Shown here piece by piece: positions 38,370 to 51,199 of a DNA stretch of 64,000 bases (positions within the stretch are counted from its first letter, which is position 1; each line of letters starts with the position of its first letter). A model generated the notes under the pieces. It had not been told where the DNA came from. It ran no database searches and saw only the letters and a list, made by a program, of their open reading frames with translations. This stretch comes from Mustelus asterias (Eukaryota): NCBI RefSeq assembly GCF_964213995.1, contig NC_135813.1, forward strand, positions 61,318,001 to 61,382,000, given 5' to 3'. The position numbers were made by a program, and so were the translations under genes.

Positions 38370-39415
38370 GAACTGGATGGTAACTAGTGGCGTGCCGCAG
38401 GGATCGGTACTGGGGCCTCAACTATTTACCATTTATATCGACGACCTGGAGGAGGGGACTGAGTGTAGGGTAACAAAGTTTGCAGACGACACAAAGATAA
38501 GTGGAAAAGTGAATCGTGTGGAGGGCGTAGAAGGTCTGCAGAGAGATTTGGACAGGCTGAGTGAGTGGGCGAGGATCTGGCAGATGGAGTATAACGTTAA
38601 CAAATGTGAGGTTATTCACTTTGGAAGAAATAATAGCAAATTGGATTATTATCTAAATGGAAAGAAATTACAACATGCTGCTGTGCAGAGGGACCTGGGG
38701 GTCCTTGTGCATGAGACGCAAAAACCCAGTCTGCAATGCAACAGGTGATCAAGAAGGCAAATGGGATGTCGGCCTATATCACAAGGGGGATAGAATATAA
38801 AAGCAGAGATGTCTTGCTGCATCTGCACAGGGCATTGGTGAGGCCGCTGCTGGAATACTGTGTGCAGCATTGGTCCCCTTATTTGCAGAAGGATATATTG
38901 GCCTTGGAGGGAGTGCAGAGAAGGTTCACCAGGTTGATACCAGAGATGAGGGGTGTTGATTATGAGGAGAGACTGAGCAGATTGGGTTTGTACTCATTGG
39001 AATTTAGAAGGCTGAGGGGGGATCTTATAGAGACCTATAAGATAATGAAGGGGCTGGATAGGGTAGAGGTGGAGAGATTCTTTCCACTTAGAAAGGAAGC
39101 TAGAACTAGAGGGCACAGCCTCAAAATAAAGGGGGGTCAGTTTAGGACAGAGTTGAGGAGGAACTTCTTCTCTCAGAGGGTGGTGAATCTCTGGAATTCT
39201 CTGCCCACTGAAGTGGTGGAGGCTACCTCGTTGAATATGTTTAAATCACGGAGAGATGGATTCCTGATCGGTAAGGGAATTAGGGGTTATAGGGATCAGG
39301 CAGGTAAATGGAACTGATCCACTTCAGATCAGCCATGATCTTATTGAATGGCGGGCAGGTTCGAGGGGCTAGATGGCCTACTCCTGCTCCTATTTCTTAT
39401 GTTCTTATGTTCTTA
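38370..39415 (+). mobile_element. 5'-truncated CR1 LINE nested in the Harbinger element
   Basis: [20 protein letters not shown], full ORF2 C-terminus and (GTTCTTAT)n tail. Confidence 0.95.
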
Positions 39416-39624
39416 TATGAGGAGTTAAGTGCTGCTAGCGGAGCATGGTGGATGTTACAGGTAGGCCCTGGAGATGCCTGGTGACCTCCCACGTGCTGCC
39501 TTCAGGTGTTGGCCCATGGTCCAGTGATATCTGGGGTAGGGGTGTGGGTGGCGAGGGGGGGGGGTGGTGGGGGGGCTTCTATTTCCTCACATCTCTCTGA
39601 GTGAGCTTCCATCAGGAAGTCTGC

Positions 39625-39930
39625 TCACCACCCCCTTTCCCGGGCAGCACTGTCGTGCACTGCGGGAAGCAGCCTCGAGGGCTTCTGCTTCCCTCCACCT
39701 CCCCCATGCCCCGGGCAGCACTGTCACACACTGTGGGAAGTAGCGTCGAGGGCTCCCACTTCCCCCCTCCTGGGCAGTGCTGTAGCTCACTGTGGGAGGT
39801 AGCCTTGCGGGCTCCCGCTCACCCCCCTCCCCCAAGCAGTGCTGTCATGCACTGTGGGAGGCAGCCTCGAGGCAGCTTCACTCACCCTCCCCCCTGTGGC
39901 ATTGTCTTGCAGTGGCATTGTCTTGCCGCG
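39625..39930 (+). repeat. GC-rich minisatellite, ~62-bp unit, about 4-5 diverged copies
   Basis: Recurring gggcagcactgtc..cactg(c/t)ggga(a/g)g(c/t)agcctcgagg..cccc units. Confidence 0.8.
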
Positions 39931-40407
39931 AGGCGTGGTCATGGACTCGACTACATGCTGGTGTGGAGGTTGGGGGAGGAGTGTACCCTCTGATGACTGA
40001 GGCCTAACCAGATGAAGCAGCTGCTGCTCCAGGCCGGGTTACAGAGGTTCAGACCTACTGCATGGAATCTGCTGTCACTGGGCACACATCTGGTGCTGAT
40101 TTGTAGTCTGTCCCTGCCCTGTGACACGGACCAGCAACGGATGCTGCAGTTGCACACATAGCAATGGATCAAGGGTGTAGATTGCCCACGTCTGCACACC
40201 GACCTGTATAATCTGTACCAGCATTGGTCATGGTGGGAATCACACACAACGCTAATCAGGCCACGCATGGCACCATGGATTGTGTGGTGTTGCCAGTTCC
40301 CACAAGTGGGGGTTCTGGCTCAAGTGAGAGATTGGGGTGGTGCTGGGTCTATGCAGCCAATGAGAATAATCCATCACTCAATGATCTTTCCAACCCCCAC
40401 TTTGCAG

Positions 40408-41594
40408 ATGGATCTTGGTTTGCTCGATCTGGAGCTGGCCATTATGGTGGCAGCAGGGGCGGAGAAGGAAGGCATGGAGAGACCACCACAAGAGCAGCCA
40501 CCACCAGACCCTCAGGAAGGAGGGCAGGGGGCTGCCTCTGAGGGCCAGGAGGTGGGTGGGCAGCCTCCTGAGAGGTGGGTGAGCAGGCTCCCAAGAGGGT
40601 GCACAGAAGGCGGGAGGGTGCTGAGGGAAAGGAGGAACAGGGCCGCAATTCCTTCGAGGCACACCATCGCCAGCTGTGCCTGTCCAATACCACGATATGA
40701 TACATTTGTCAGGTGCTGTCGCACCTGGCACCTGAGGGGAGGGGCGGCCACCCGCTCCCTGTGAATGTGAAGGTGATGGCTGCCATCAATTTCTATGCCT
40801 CCGAATTATTCCAGGCTCCCAGTGGTGACTTAGCTGTGATCTCCCAGGTCTCCATGCATGGATGTGTGTGGCAGGTCGCAAATGCCCTGTATGCCCGGAC
40901 AGGGCAGTTCATTAGTTTCGATGTGGGCCTGGGCTCGCAGCTTCTCATCCATCACCCAACACCCATTGCCGGGATTCCGAATGTGCAGGGCGCAGTGGAT
41001 GGCACGCTTTTTGCCTTGCGGGTCCCCCATGCATGGCCGCAGCAATTTGTGAACAGGGGGGATTCCACTCCCTGAACATCCAAATTGTCTGCGACCATCA
41101 AATGAAGATCATGCAGGTCTATGCAGGGAGTGTCCATGACAGTTTTGTGATCCAGCAGTCGGACATCTCTGGGCTCTTTGAAGACTATCCCAGGCTCCCG
41201 GGATGGCTACTGGGTGATAAGGGTTACCCCTAACGTCTTGGCTGTTGACGCCTGTGCAGAGGACCGAAACCAAGGCGGAGACCCACTACAATGAGGCCCA
41301 TGCAACCACCCGGTCCATCATTGAGCGGTACATTGGCCTGCTGAAGATATGGTTCTGCTTCTTGGACCCTGCTCTGGGGGGGCCCTCCAGTATGAGCATC
41401 ATTATCGTTTGCAACATCACCCAGCAGCGGCGAGACCAGCTGGAGCAGGAGGAGGAGGAGGGGAGGAGCAGTGAGGGGGCGAGGTGGGCGTCCTGCCATA
41501 TGAAGAACTGCAGGAAAGAGGGCGGGCAGCGATGGCAGGTGTCCGGCAGAGAAGGGCAGTGAGGGATGCCTTGATAGCAGCCCGCTTCACCTAG
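40408..41594 (+). pseudogene. Harbinger transposase (HARBI1-like DDE nuclease), frameshifted
   Basis: LPVNVKVMAAINFYA, GIPNVQGAVDGT, GFHSLNIQIVCD, GSVHDS, LLGDKGYP, YNEAHATTRSIIERYIGLLK. Confidence 0.9.
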
Positions 41595-42243
41595 CTGGTG
41601 CTGTGCAGTGAGAGGGGTGCAACCAACACACATCCGTCACACCCCAGGAGCAAGTGCAGCCACTATTCCCCCTCCAAACATACATGGGCCCTTAAATCAC
41701 CACATCACCCTCCCCCTGCTTCTGTCGTCCCACCACCATATCCCCCAGAAACATCTGACCCTATTAATGTGCCTGGGCTGGCAATGGTTGCGAGTCTTGG
41801 TTGAAGGCTGGAGGAGAACGACAACTCGCTGTTGTGCACACTGGGATACTGCAACTCAAGTCTGACTCCTATCTGTACTGTGAATGCATGCTGCCACCCT
41901 GGCCCACATAAGAGTTGGGGACACATTTTCTTTGGCCGTGGGGTGGGGGGGGGAGCAGGGGGCACTTGCACCAAGGGTCTGGTGGATGTTGGGGAAGGTA
42001 GGGCAGGCACACTGAAACATGTGGCTGAGTCTGCAAGGCTCAACAGACAGCGCCTCTATGTTTGGGAATCTGGAACACTGAGCTGTGGGGGGCGGAGGGG
42101 GATGGCGGGGGTGGGGGTGGGGGGAGAGAATCAGGGACACATTAGTCACAGAGTGGTGTGCAATTAACAGTTTATTGTGTTCTTAACATAAATGATTACC
42201 AAACCCTGACTGATGCTGACCTTCATCCGTGCCCTCTAATTAA

Positions 42244-44242
42244 CTACAACTTTCTAACTTTGTGCTGTCTACTGCTTCTTCTCAGTGCTACCCTAGGATG
42301 CACATCAGTGATGGAGGTGTCCAGCTGTGATGCATGCCCCTTTGCCTGTGATGCACTTGGCGGATGTTCCCTGGGTGGCCGGGACCTGGAGGGCCCCAGC
42401 TGACTTGTGGATGGCACTGTTTCGGTGCCACCCTGTTCATCTTGCTGGCCTTGAGAAGCCCCAATGTGAGGAAGGGGGGAAATGGAAGGTCTCGGGACAT
42501 CCGAGATCTCCTCGGCGGAAGACCCTGGCATGAGCTCAAGCCCTTCCTCGTCCCTTGGAGTGCCCAGAGGCCCGGGGACACTCCCTGGGACGCCAGCGTA
42601 GCTGCAATGAGCTCCAGAAGCTCCGGCATCAGCTGGCTCTGCCAGTCCTGGAGGCCTAGATGTGCCTGCGCTTTGATGTGTGATCCCTCAGCCCTGGCCG
42701 TCTGAGACTTGGCAATGCTCTGGAGCCCCTCTGCTACAGCATTCTGTGAGCGAGCCAGGCTCTGGAGCCCCTCAACAGTAGCCCTCTGAGCCTGGGCTAA
42801 GTTTTCACGGCCTGATCCGTCTCCAGATTGTCAGTGAGAGTCCCAGCCATGGCCAGCAGCGTCTCCCACATGCCTCCGACACCCATGACCATCCAAAGCT
42901 ATGCCTCCTGGATGCTGGAAACTCACTTGCCCATGGCCATGGTGCCGCCAGGGTGGCCTGGACCCTGTCACCCAAGGACAGACCCGTGAACCAGACTTTT
43001 CACTGTGGTCGCCACCCTTGCAGTGTTAGCCTAGGTCTCACTGTGTCGACACCACCTCCTGCAACAGCCTTGCAGTCGCAGCATAGTTGCTGACAACCCT
43101 TCCACAACTCTCCAGGTTTCCTCATGCATCTGCACCAGCCTTGGGTGGAACAAACTCAGAGGCCCAGCATGCTGGCTTGGGGACAGCTGAATCCTGGCCT
43201 CTAGCAGACCTCCATGTGCCTGAGCCCACGGATGTGCCCACCTGCACCCCGATGTGCATGAGCGGCTGTGATGTGCTCACCAGTTCGTGACCTTAAAGCC
43301 TCAACACTAAAGGTACCCACTGTGGTGATCATCTCTGTGTTGGTGTGTTGTGCGGTACATGCCGGTGACGCTTTAGTGATGCTGTCCTCGGAGGATTCCT
43401 CAGTGCCTCCCTCTGAGGTGTCATCCAAGGGATCATGTGCAGTTTGCTTCAGAGCAGCGGGGTGGTGACAACGGGCCGGGTTCCTCTGGATCCAGAGCTG
43501 TAAAACTTAACACACATTAGGGAGAGGGTGGCAAAACATTCCATGCAGCATCGCACTTACTTCGAGGAGGACCTAGGTTGAGGGCGCGCTTCTGCTTACT
43601 TGCATGCTGTACGCCGATCTGGCTGTTGGTGACCATTCAGGATGGCCCATCACCCCCTGCCAGCTCCATAGCACGCTCCTCCATGCTAGTCAGCTGCCCC
43701 AGGTCAGGCACACCACCACCAATCTGTGTCATTTGCTGTGCATTGTGGATGTTCTTTTCCAGTGGGAACATAAGGTGGATAGCAAGTATTAACATATTGC
43801 AATACATGGTGTGCAATGTGCAATGGTGCCTGTGTATCAGCATTGTGCTGACAGTGTCAGGGAAAGCGGTCACCAATGAAGGGTCCTCGTTGAGGGGTGA
43901 GGGGAAGGGGTTCGATTGTGTTCCTGGGGGAAGGGTCATTTGTTGCATGCCCTTCAGGTTGTAGGTCTGTGCCAAGCATGTGCGGGGTTCCAAGTGGGAT
44001 GCTCCCTCACCCTTGCTGATTGCAGAAGGTCGTGCTTTTTTTGCAACACTGCTTGTCAGAGCATGGTGTCAGGCTCCTGGCATTCGCTGCATCTGCTACC
44101 TCCTCCCACAATGCCGGGGCAGATGCACCCCTTGGGTTAGGGCCTGGCCGGGGAACAGACAATCATGCCTCTCCTCCACCGCATCTAGCAGGTGCTCCTG
44201 ATCGGCCTCTGAAAGTCTGGGAGCAGGTTTCTGCGCAACCAT
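42244..44242 (-). pseudogene. Harbinger Myb/SANT DNA-binding protein gene, multi-exon, degraded
   Basis: Starts MVAQKPAPRLSEADQEHLLDAVEERHDCLFPG; CCKKKHDLLQSAR precedes a gtgag donor (~44010); later GGGVPDL..LTSMEERAMELAG; ends ..RRSSRQHKVRKL*. Confidence 0.75.
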
Positions 44243-44310
44243 CTTTGTGGTGTGACTGGCTGTGTGTCCATTCCTGTAACTTATATACAGCCCTGGCTTA
44301 CTGGGGAAGC

Positions 44311-44467
44311 CATGATGTGGAGATGCCGGTGCTGGACTGGGGTAAACACAGTAAGAAGTCTCCCAACACCAGGTTAAAGTCCAACAGGTTTATTTGGTAG
44401 CACACGCCACTAGCTTGTGTGGACTCACCTGATGAAGGGGCAGCGCTCAGAAAGCTAGTGGCTTGTG
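44311..44467. mobile_element. Second Penelope-like remnant with hammerhead motif (44425-44461, + strand)
   Basis: Same boundary catgatgtggagatgccgg as 13466. 13-bp TSD ttactggggaagc / ttactgggggagt. TCAC-CTGATGA-A-GGGGC(AGC)GCTCA-GAAA-GC-TA-GTGG. Confidence 0.8.
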
Positions 44468-45844
44468 TTACTGGGGGAGTGCAGGTTCAGTGGGTGTGGC
44501 CAGTCAAGGACCCGTTTGCAACAAATTCTTCTAAGAGATTTTGAAGGCTACATTCAGTTGAATGGCATGCATCCCTCGGGGTGCTGATTGGCTGCGATTC
44601 AATAGGCTGCTGTGTCCAAGGTGGGGGAGGGGGTGGGATGCTCAGGGCTCCTAATCGATTAGCTGCTGTGTGTGGGGCGGTGGGGGCGGGGTGGGGGTGG
44701 GGGGGTGGTGCAATACTCAAGGCTCCCATTCACGAAAGGGAAGGATCACAAGCTGGGGTTGCGCATGTCAGCACAACGCTAGTTCCCTGCCCGGCAGCAG
44801 TGAGGACATTATGCTCAAGTGATGGAGGGATTGGACATCTGCATTATCCAGATCCATTGGAACATGAGGTGAGCGGGCAGCCATGTCTGTGTGTGGGGGG
44901 AAACAGGGAGGGGGGGCGGTGGTGGGAGGAAACCGATTAGGCCAATGACGTGTGGGGGGGGCGGTTTGCGGGCCAGCAATGAGTCCAGCGATGCATGTGG
45001 GGGGGGGGGGTGGTTGTGGGGGCCAGCGACGTGATCAGCGATGTCTGTGAGGGTTTGAGGGCAGTGAGCTGGATCCTGGGATGTATTTTCAGCGATCTCC
45101 CAGGGATGTGCGTATGCGCGGGTCCCACACATCCCGCCGATTACAGGCTCTTTGGCGTGAATCGGCCCTGCACCCCTGGTTTTTTAATGAGATTCACAAT
45201 TGTGACCTCTGCAGTGCACCGAGTGGGGAGATTCGAGTCAGAAGCTAAACTAAGAAAACAGTCGGGATCTAGAACAGTTTTCCGGCTAATTCAGCACTTT
45301 CGGGAGAATCGCGGCCAACGTTCGTGCTACGCAAGTGCGAGGAAATTATCATCTCTAGCAAGGGAGAATCAAACCATGCAATTTAATGGTGTAATCATTC
45401 CTGAACCCCTGCCCCGCAAAAAAATCAACATCTGATGAGTTACAATTGAGCAAAAACTGAACTACAACAACTATGTAAATATTTTGGCCGAATAGAACAA
45501 ATCAGTGGTTGGTGGTCAGTGGCCATTTGTTTACCTCCTGACACGCCAAACGCAGTCCATAATCTAGAAGGCAAAAGGCAGGAGCGTGATTGAATATCCT
45601 TCCCTTTACTGATTAAAATAAACTCCAACCGTCATCAAGAATTTAAACATTATCCAAACGAGCACCCTATCTACGACGTTCGATATTCTGACGCTCGTAC
45701 CATTGTAAAGTAGCAACAATGTGTAAGATCTACAAAATGTATTGTACAGTGTCGCCAACATTCCTCTTACAGCAGCTTCTAAACCTAAAACCATTACCAA
45801 AGAGAAAAAAGGGCAGGAGCTCCCAACCACAGCAAGCATCCCTC

Positions 45845-45935
45845 TTCTAATAAAGAGTTAAACGGACTCGAAACGTTAACTTTTTTCTACCTACAAATGC
45901 TGCCAGACTAAGATTTTCCAGCATTCTCTGTTCGT
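45845..45935 (+). mobile_element. Degenerate Penelope-like pLTR fragment of a second family (related piece at ~58420-58530)
   Basis: aagagttaaacggactcgaaacgttaac...atgctgccagac..ttttccagcatt resembles the reverse complement of the 62880-62975 terminus; hammerhead core mutated. Confidence 0.55.
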
Positions 45936-46019
45936 ATATATTTCATGTGTTTTGTTCTCGCAAACTGTCTGTCGAACTCCAGATCTGGTCTGACTAGATT
46001 AGGGGAAGCGATGATTAGG

Positions 46020-46388
46020 AGGGACGATGGCCCAGTGATATTATCGCTAGACTATTAATCAAGAAACTCAGCTAATGTTCTGGGGACCCGGGTTCAAATC
46101 CTGCCACAGCAGCTGTTGAAATTTAAGTCAATAAAAGATATCTGGAATTACGAACCGACTGATGACCATGAAACCATTGTCGATTGTTGGAAAAACCCAT
46201 TTGGTTCTGTAATGTCCTTTAGGGAAGGAAATCTGTCGTCCTTACCCAAACTGGCCTACATGTGACTCCAGAATCACAGTAATGTGGTTGACTCTCAACT
46301 GCCCTCTGGACAAGGGCAACTAGGAATGGGCATTAAAGGCTGGCCAGTCCGTGACGCTCATGTTCCACGCATGAATAATGAATAAAAG
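46020..46388 (+). mobile_element. tRNA-derived SINE with L2-like tail
   Basis: A-box-like tggcccagtg, B-box gggttcaaatcc, tail agggcaactaggaatgggc shared with the L2-like LINE. Confidence 0.85.
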
Positions 46389-46499
46389 AACCTGTGTAGG
46401 GGAGGAGTTAAATGCTCATATTTTACTTCTAACTCACCAACAGTATATTCATCTTTTTGATTCCCATGTGCACCATTTCACTCGCTTTCAGAGTTTCGC

Positions 46500-46905
46500 C
46501 TACATGAATGCATAGGTCTGTTCGGTTATCTAAAGTTTATAGCCTCGCAGCATTAAGTAGGGGTTAGTTTTCTGTTATTCTCAGGTTCAAAATGGATAAA
46601 TTCAAGTCACACTCGGCTGAACTGAACTCCGTCTCCCATAATTTTGTACCATTACTTTGTCGATGGGACTTCCACCGAGAAGTCACACCGTTCACTATGA
46701 CTCCTGACACGATGCCATCTCTAACTGTAGATACAACGCTCTCAGTCTTGATCCAAGTCACTAATATATGTGGTGATAAACTGAGATAAGAGTCCAGCTT
46801 GATTCTTACATCCGCTTGTTACATCCAGGTAAAATATTTCATTATAACCCCCTTCCCATATCCCTCGCCTTTTCAATGCCAGGAAAACATTTTACTATTT
46901 CGTTT
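46500..46905 (-). pseudogene. Possible degraded Ig-superfamily V-type domain exon (not an antibody V)
   Basis: Pieces across frames: ILPGC, ILVTWIK, GTKLWETEFSSAECDLNLSILNLRITE, Y.CCEA.N; acceptor-like aaattatccag near 46910. Confidence 0.3.
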
Positions 46906-48590
46906 TATGCTCCTGGATAATTTAATTTCATATTTCCTCCTTAGCACATTATTCTTTGCCGTCTTCTCTCGCGATCCCTTCAGGTTCTTTCCTACTGGTA
47001 AGAATATGAATGAATTGATAGCACACATAGTAATAAATGGGACAGCCATGCTAGCGATTAGACAGACGTGGCTGCACGGTGAACAAAGCTTGGATCTGAA
47101 CATTCAAGGGTATGTTTTGGAAGGACAGGAGAAAGGAAACAGGAGGTAGGGCATCAATGTTAATAAAAAAATATCAGTACACTGCTGACAAATGATTTTG
47201 GACCAAAATATCAAGTTTTGGAATCAGTCTGGGTAGAGAAAAGAATTAGAACACGAAGGAACTCACTGGGGGAGTAGTTTACAGGTAGCCTATCATTACC
47301 TAAACTTGTACTTCAAAATTTAATGAGGGTCTGTAATAATTACGGACGATTTGAAGTTTCATATATATCCAGCAAATCAAATTTTCAAAGGTAACCTGGA
47401 AGACGAGGTCATAGAAAATACTCGGAACATTGCTGAGAACAATTCTAGAACTTCTGGAATCAATCAGGGAACTGATCGTTTTCGACCTGGCGATTTGGAA
47501 TAAGATCGGGTTAATTAATAACCTCATTATAAAGCACGCCCTACAACACAGTGATCACAGCATGGGATGTTTCGCATTCAATTTGAGGGTGAGAGATGTG
47601 TGTCTAAATTAATTATCTTGAACTAAAACAGAGGAAATTATAAAACGAAATTACAAGGTTATGAAAACAGTGTTGGCTAATGTCGACTGGAAAAAATAGA
47701 TTGAAAGGCAAGACAGTAGATAAGTGGTAGTTGATATTTAAGGATATATTTCACAGCAAAAATATATTCCATTGGGAAAGAACACAACAAAACACAAGAG
47801 CACAATATAAGAAAGAGAGACAGGAAAAGGCCATCAGGCCCTTCAAGACTGCTCCGCCATTCAACATGATCATCGCTTGTCTACGCCGGCTTCAATTCCT
47901 TTAGTTCCCTGTCGTTCTCGCTTTTTGAACAACGGTGTCAGATTGGCTGTTTTCCAATCTTCTAATACTCACCCTCAATTTTGCGAGTTATGAAAATTTT
48001 CAACCAATGAGTCGACGATCTCTGCAGCCACTTCAATTAGAACTGTAGTATGCAGTTCATCTGGTCCTGGCGACTTGGCCATCTTTAGTCTTTTGTGTTC
48101 CTCTAATACTCTATCCCTAATGATTGGGACAAATTCCACCATGTTACCTGAAATCAGGTTTTAAAGATATGAAAGGCAGCCTGAGAATGCTGGAAAGAAA
48201 GAAGCAAAGCAGAGAGAAGTCTTTAAAGCATAACGATCAAAAGAGGAAAATATACTGGATAAAGTAAGGGATCCAAAGGCTGACAAATCCACTGGACCTG
48301 ACTGCCTGCATTCTAGGGTCTGGAATGAAATGGCTGCAGAACTAGAACATTCAAAATGATAATCTTCAAAAATTCTTACGGTTCTGGAAAGCTATCAGTG
48401 ATCTGGAATACCGCAAACAGTATGCTTCTATGCAAAAACTGTCTGTGTAACATTGGCAAATGCCAGGGCCAATTATTAAGCAACCAATAGCAGGACATTT
48501 TGAAGATCAAAGCACAACCAGTCAGAGTCAACATGTTTTGTGGAAGGGAAATAGTGGTCATCAGAAAACAAGTTGTAAAGAAGATACAAA

Positions 48591-49380
48591 GGGGTGAATT
48601 TTACGTGGACTTATCTATTACTCACTGTAATGGGGGTGTGGGAGGAGGGGGAGAATACAATGGCCCCTGCGCCCAACTCTTAACCTTCCGGCCATCCCGA
48701 GCTCATCGCCAAAATATAATTGATGATTGAAGGGTTAATTAGACTTGTTATCACACCTATTGTCCCCCATATTACGCTGCCCATGCCATAATATTCTCGG
48801 CGTGAGCAGCAGAATGAAGGGCAAAGGCTGATTTTCAATGGTTAAAAGGCGATAGGAGTAGGGTAGGTCGCTATTCAGGGGCGCCCCTTTGCCGGTCGCG
48901 GGTCACGTCCCCCTCCCTCCACCCCCCATCTCAAACCACCTCCCTTTTGCTCTCCCTCTTACAACTCCCTCCTGGCCCCAACCGTCCGTCTCCCTACCGT
49001 TCCCAGGCACGCCCGACCCCCGACAGCTCCGACATAAATGCTCTGGGTAACCTCGGCCTTCGGCTCCATTCCTTAACTGCAGTGACGGCAGTTGCCACTG
49101 ACGCCCTCTAGGCGCTGCCTTGACTGATGGAGCTGTCCGCCACTCGCATTGGCTGGTAGCACCAGTAGCTCACCTTTCGCCCGAATGAAGGGCGGAAGAT
49201 AAACTTGACTTAACATAAAGCGCTGCGTGGCTACTCTGTCTGTTGTAGCTCGGCTTCACGCCGGCTTGGTTTCTCGGGTAGGAGAGTTACCACACAATCC
49301 ACCCCCTGCCCCCGCCCCCCACCCCCTCTCAACCCCGCCACTACAGACTCCGCCCACCTCGCCCTCATTTAATTGAGCCA
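48591..49380. mobile_element. Probable non-autonomous DNA-transposon (MITE-like) remnant; similar GC-rich relic at ~2620-3290
   Basis: GC-rich island beginning ggggtgaatttta amid AT-rich LINE debris. TIRs too degenerate to confirm. Confidence 0.3.
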
Positions 49381-49684
49381 AACGAGTCAGTAAAGCGGTG
49401 CAGATAGTTGAGTGGACAAAAATGTAACACGGAGTACAATGTGGACAAATGCCCTTGTATTTCAATCAGGGAAGTTCGCATCCAGTTAACTAGGAAGACA
49501 AATAGAATGTTGACATTCATTGCAAGTTGTTGAAGTATAAATTTAGGGGGGCTTGTTATAACTGTACAGAACAGTTGTGAAACCACATCCAGAGTATTGT
49601 GTACAATTTTGATCAATATACTTAAGGATAAATGCAGTTCAGAGAACGTTCTCTGGATTTCTGGAACAAATGGGTGGCCGAATG

Positions 49685-49960
49685 GGTCGCACTGTGGTAC
49701 AGTGGTTAGCAGTGCTGTCTCACAGCGCCTGGGACCCAGTTCGATTCCCGGTTTGGTCGCTGTCTGTGTGGAGTTTGCACGTTGTCTGCAATGGTTACCT
49801 CCGGGTGCTCCGGCTTCCTCCACAGTCCAAAAGACGTGCTGGTCGGGTGTATTGACCATGCTAAATTATCCTCCAGTGTACCGAACAGGTGCCGAAGTGT
49901 GGCGACGAGGGGATTTTCACATTGGCTTTAATGCAAGTCTACTTGTAACTAATAAATCAA
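49685..49960 (+). mobile_element. HE1-related V-SINE with a different tail
   Basis: gtggtacagtggttagcagtgctg...tgtgtggagtttgcacg...cctccgggtgctccgg. Confidence 0.85.
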
Positions 49961-50059
49961 CTTTAAAACTTTATGAAAAAAAGTTGAGCAGATTCAGCCT
50001 ATATTCTTCGAAATTTTGAAGACTGCAAGATAATCATGTAAGATTTGGAGGGCACTCGC

Positions 50060-50322
50060 AGATTATAGACCAAATACAGTGCGGATGGAGGCCATTCGAC
50101 CCGTCGAATCTGCACTCTCCCACTTCCCGCCCCATCCCTGTAACTCTGCGTATTCATTATGGTTAATCCACCTAATGTGGGAACAGTGGGAGGAAAGCGG
50201 AGCACCCGGAGGAACGCACGCAGACACGGAGAGAGCGTGCAAGTTATACACACACCCAAGGCCGAAATCGAACTCTGGACTCAAGCGCTATGTGGTTGCA
50301 TTGCTAACCACTGTGCCACCCA
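50060..50322 (-). mobile_element. HE1-type V-SINE, diverged
   Basis: ggagcacccggaggaacgcacgcagacacggagagagcgtgcaa...gctaaccactgtgccacc. Confidence 0.85.
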
Positions 50323-51199
50323 CCACTATACATGGCTGGACTTTTTCCACTTCCTTTGGAATCCAGAGTTACAAGACACATTTAAAATAATGGATCTCAC
50401 ATTTAAGACAATGGTAGGCGAAACATAATTTCACAGAAATCTCTCCTGTTGGCTTTCTGTTCAGCAATGAACGGTGGAGGCTGGATCGTTGAGTACATCC
50501 AAAGGACAATTTGTTGATCAACAAAGTAGTAAATGCTCCTGGGAGCAGGAGGGCAAGGGGAACTTATGCTGAACAGAAATAGCCCTCCCCTTTGTCATCG
50601 ACCTCAATGTCCTCAACCTCCTTGTGTTTCAATCTCTTTCATATGCTTATCTAACTGCCGTTTTAATACATCCCTGCTACTCTTGGATTTCAACATAAAG
50701 CCATGCTGTAGTCACCGTATTTATTCCGGGAAATGTTGAAACTGGAATTAGAGGCCTGTATGACCCCGTGCTTGAGATCAATAATAGGCTGCATACAATA
50801 GAATCCAGACAGTTCGGAAAAGTGTCCCACTGTTTTCATCCAAATGCCACATTTCCATGCAGGACAATGATCCTTAATTGGATAATAGCAGCAAATAGTT
50901 TGTAACGTTCATGTTGCTATTCTGAGTTCCAAGCTAAAATATTGTTCCCATATCCGTTGGTACTTCAAAGCACCACTGGTTCCAGAATGTACCATTGCTT
51001 TACTCTTTAGTATCCTGAAGAAGTTTCTACAGCGAGAATAGCAAATTTATCCAATAGCCATTGAAACCTTCTGGTAACATAACCCTGGCCTCAGTCTATC
51101 ATGCCTCATAAGAGAATGGAAACAAACTAATTGTACTTAGGAGCTCGAGCAAACGCCCCCATCAATATGACAGATCAACTGCACGTTGGTCTAATGTTC

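Larger units (their letters stand above)
38067..45316. mobile_element. PIF/Harbinger DNA transposon with both TIRs, degraded, with nested insertions
   Basis: Perfect 15-bp TIR ggccgcgattctccc (38067) / gggagaatcgcggcc (45302-45316). Flanks AAT/AAC are a plausible 3-bp TSD. Convergent transposase and Myb/SANT genes inside. Confidence 0.9.

Noticed and set aside
39587-45435. Many overlapping GC-rich ORFs as novel genes
   Set aside because: They arise from Harbinger internal GC-rich, minisatellite and G-run sequence or from antisense frames.
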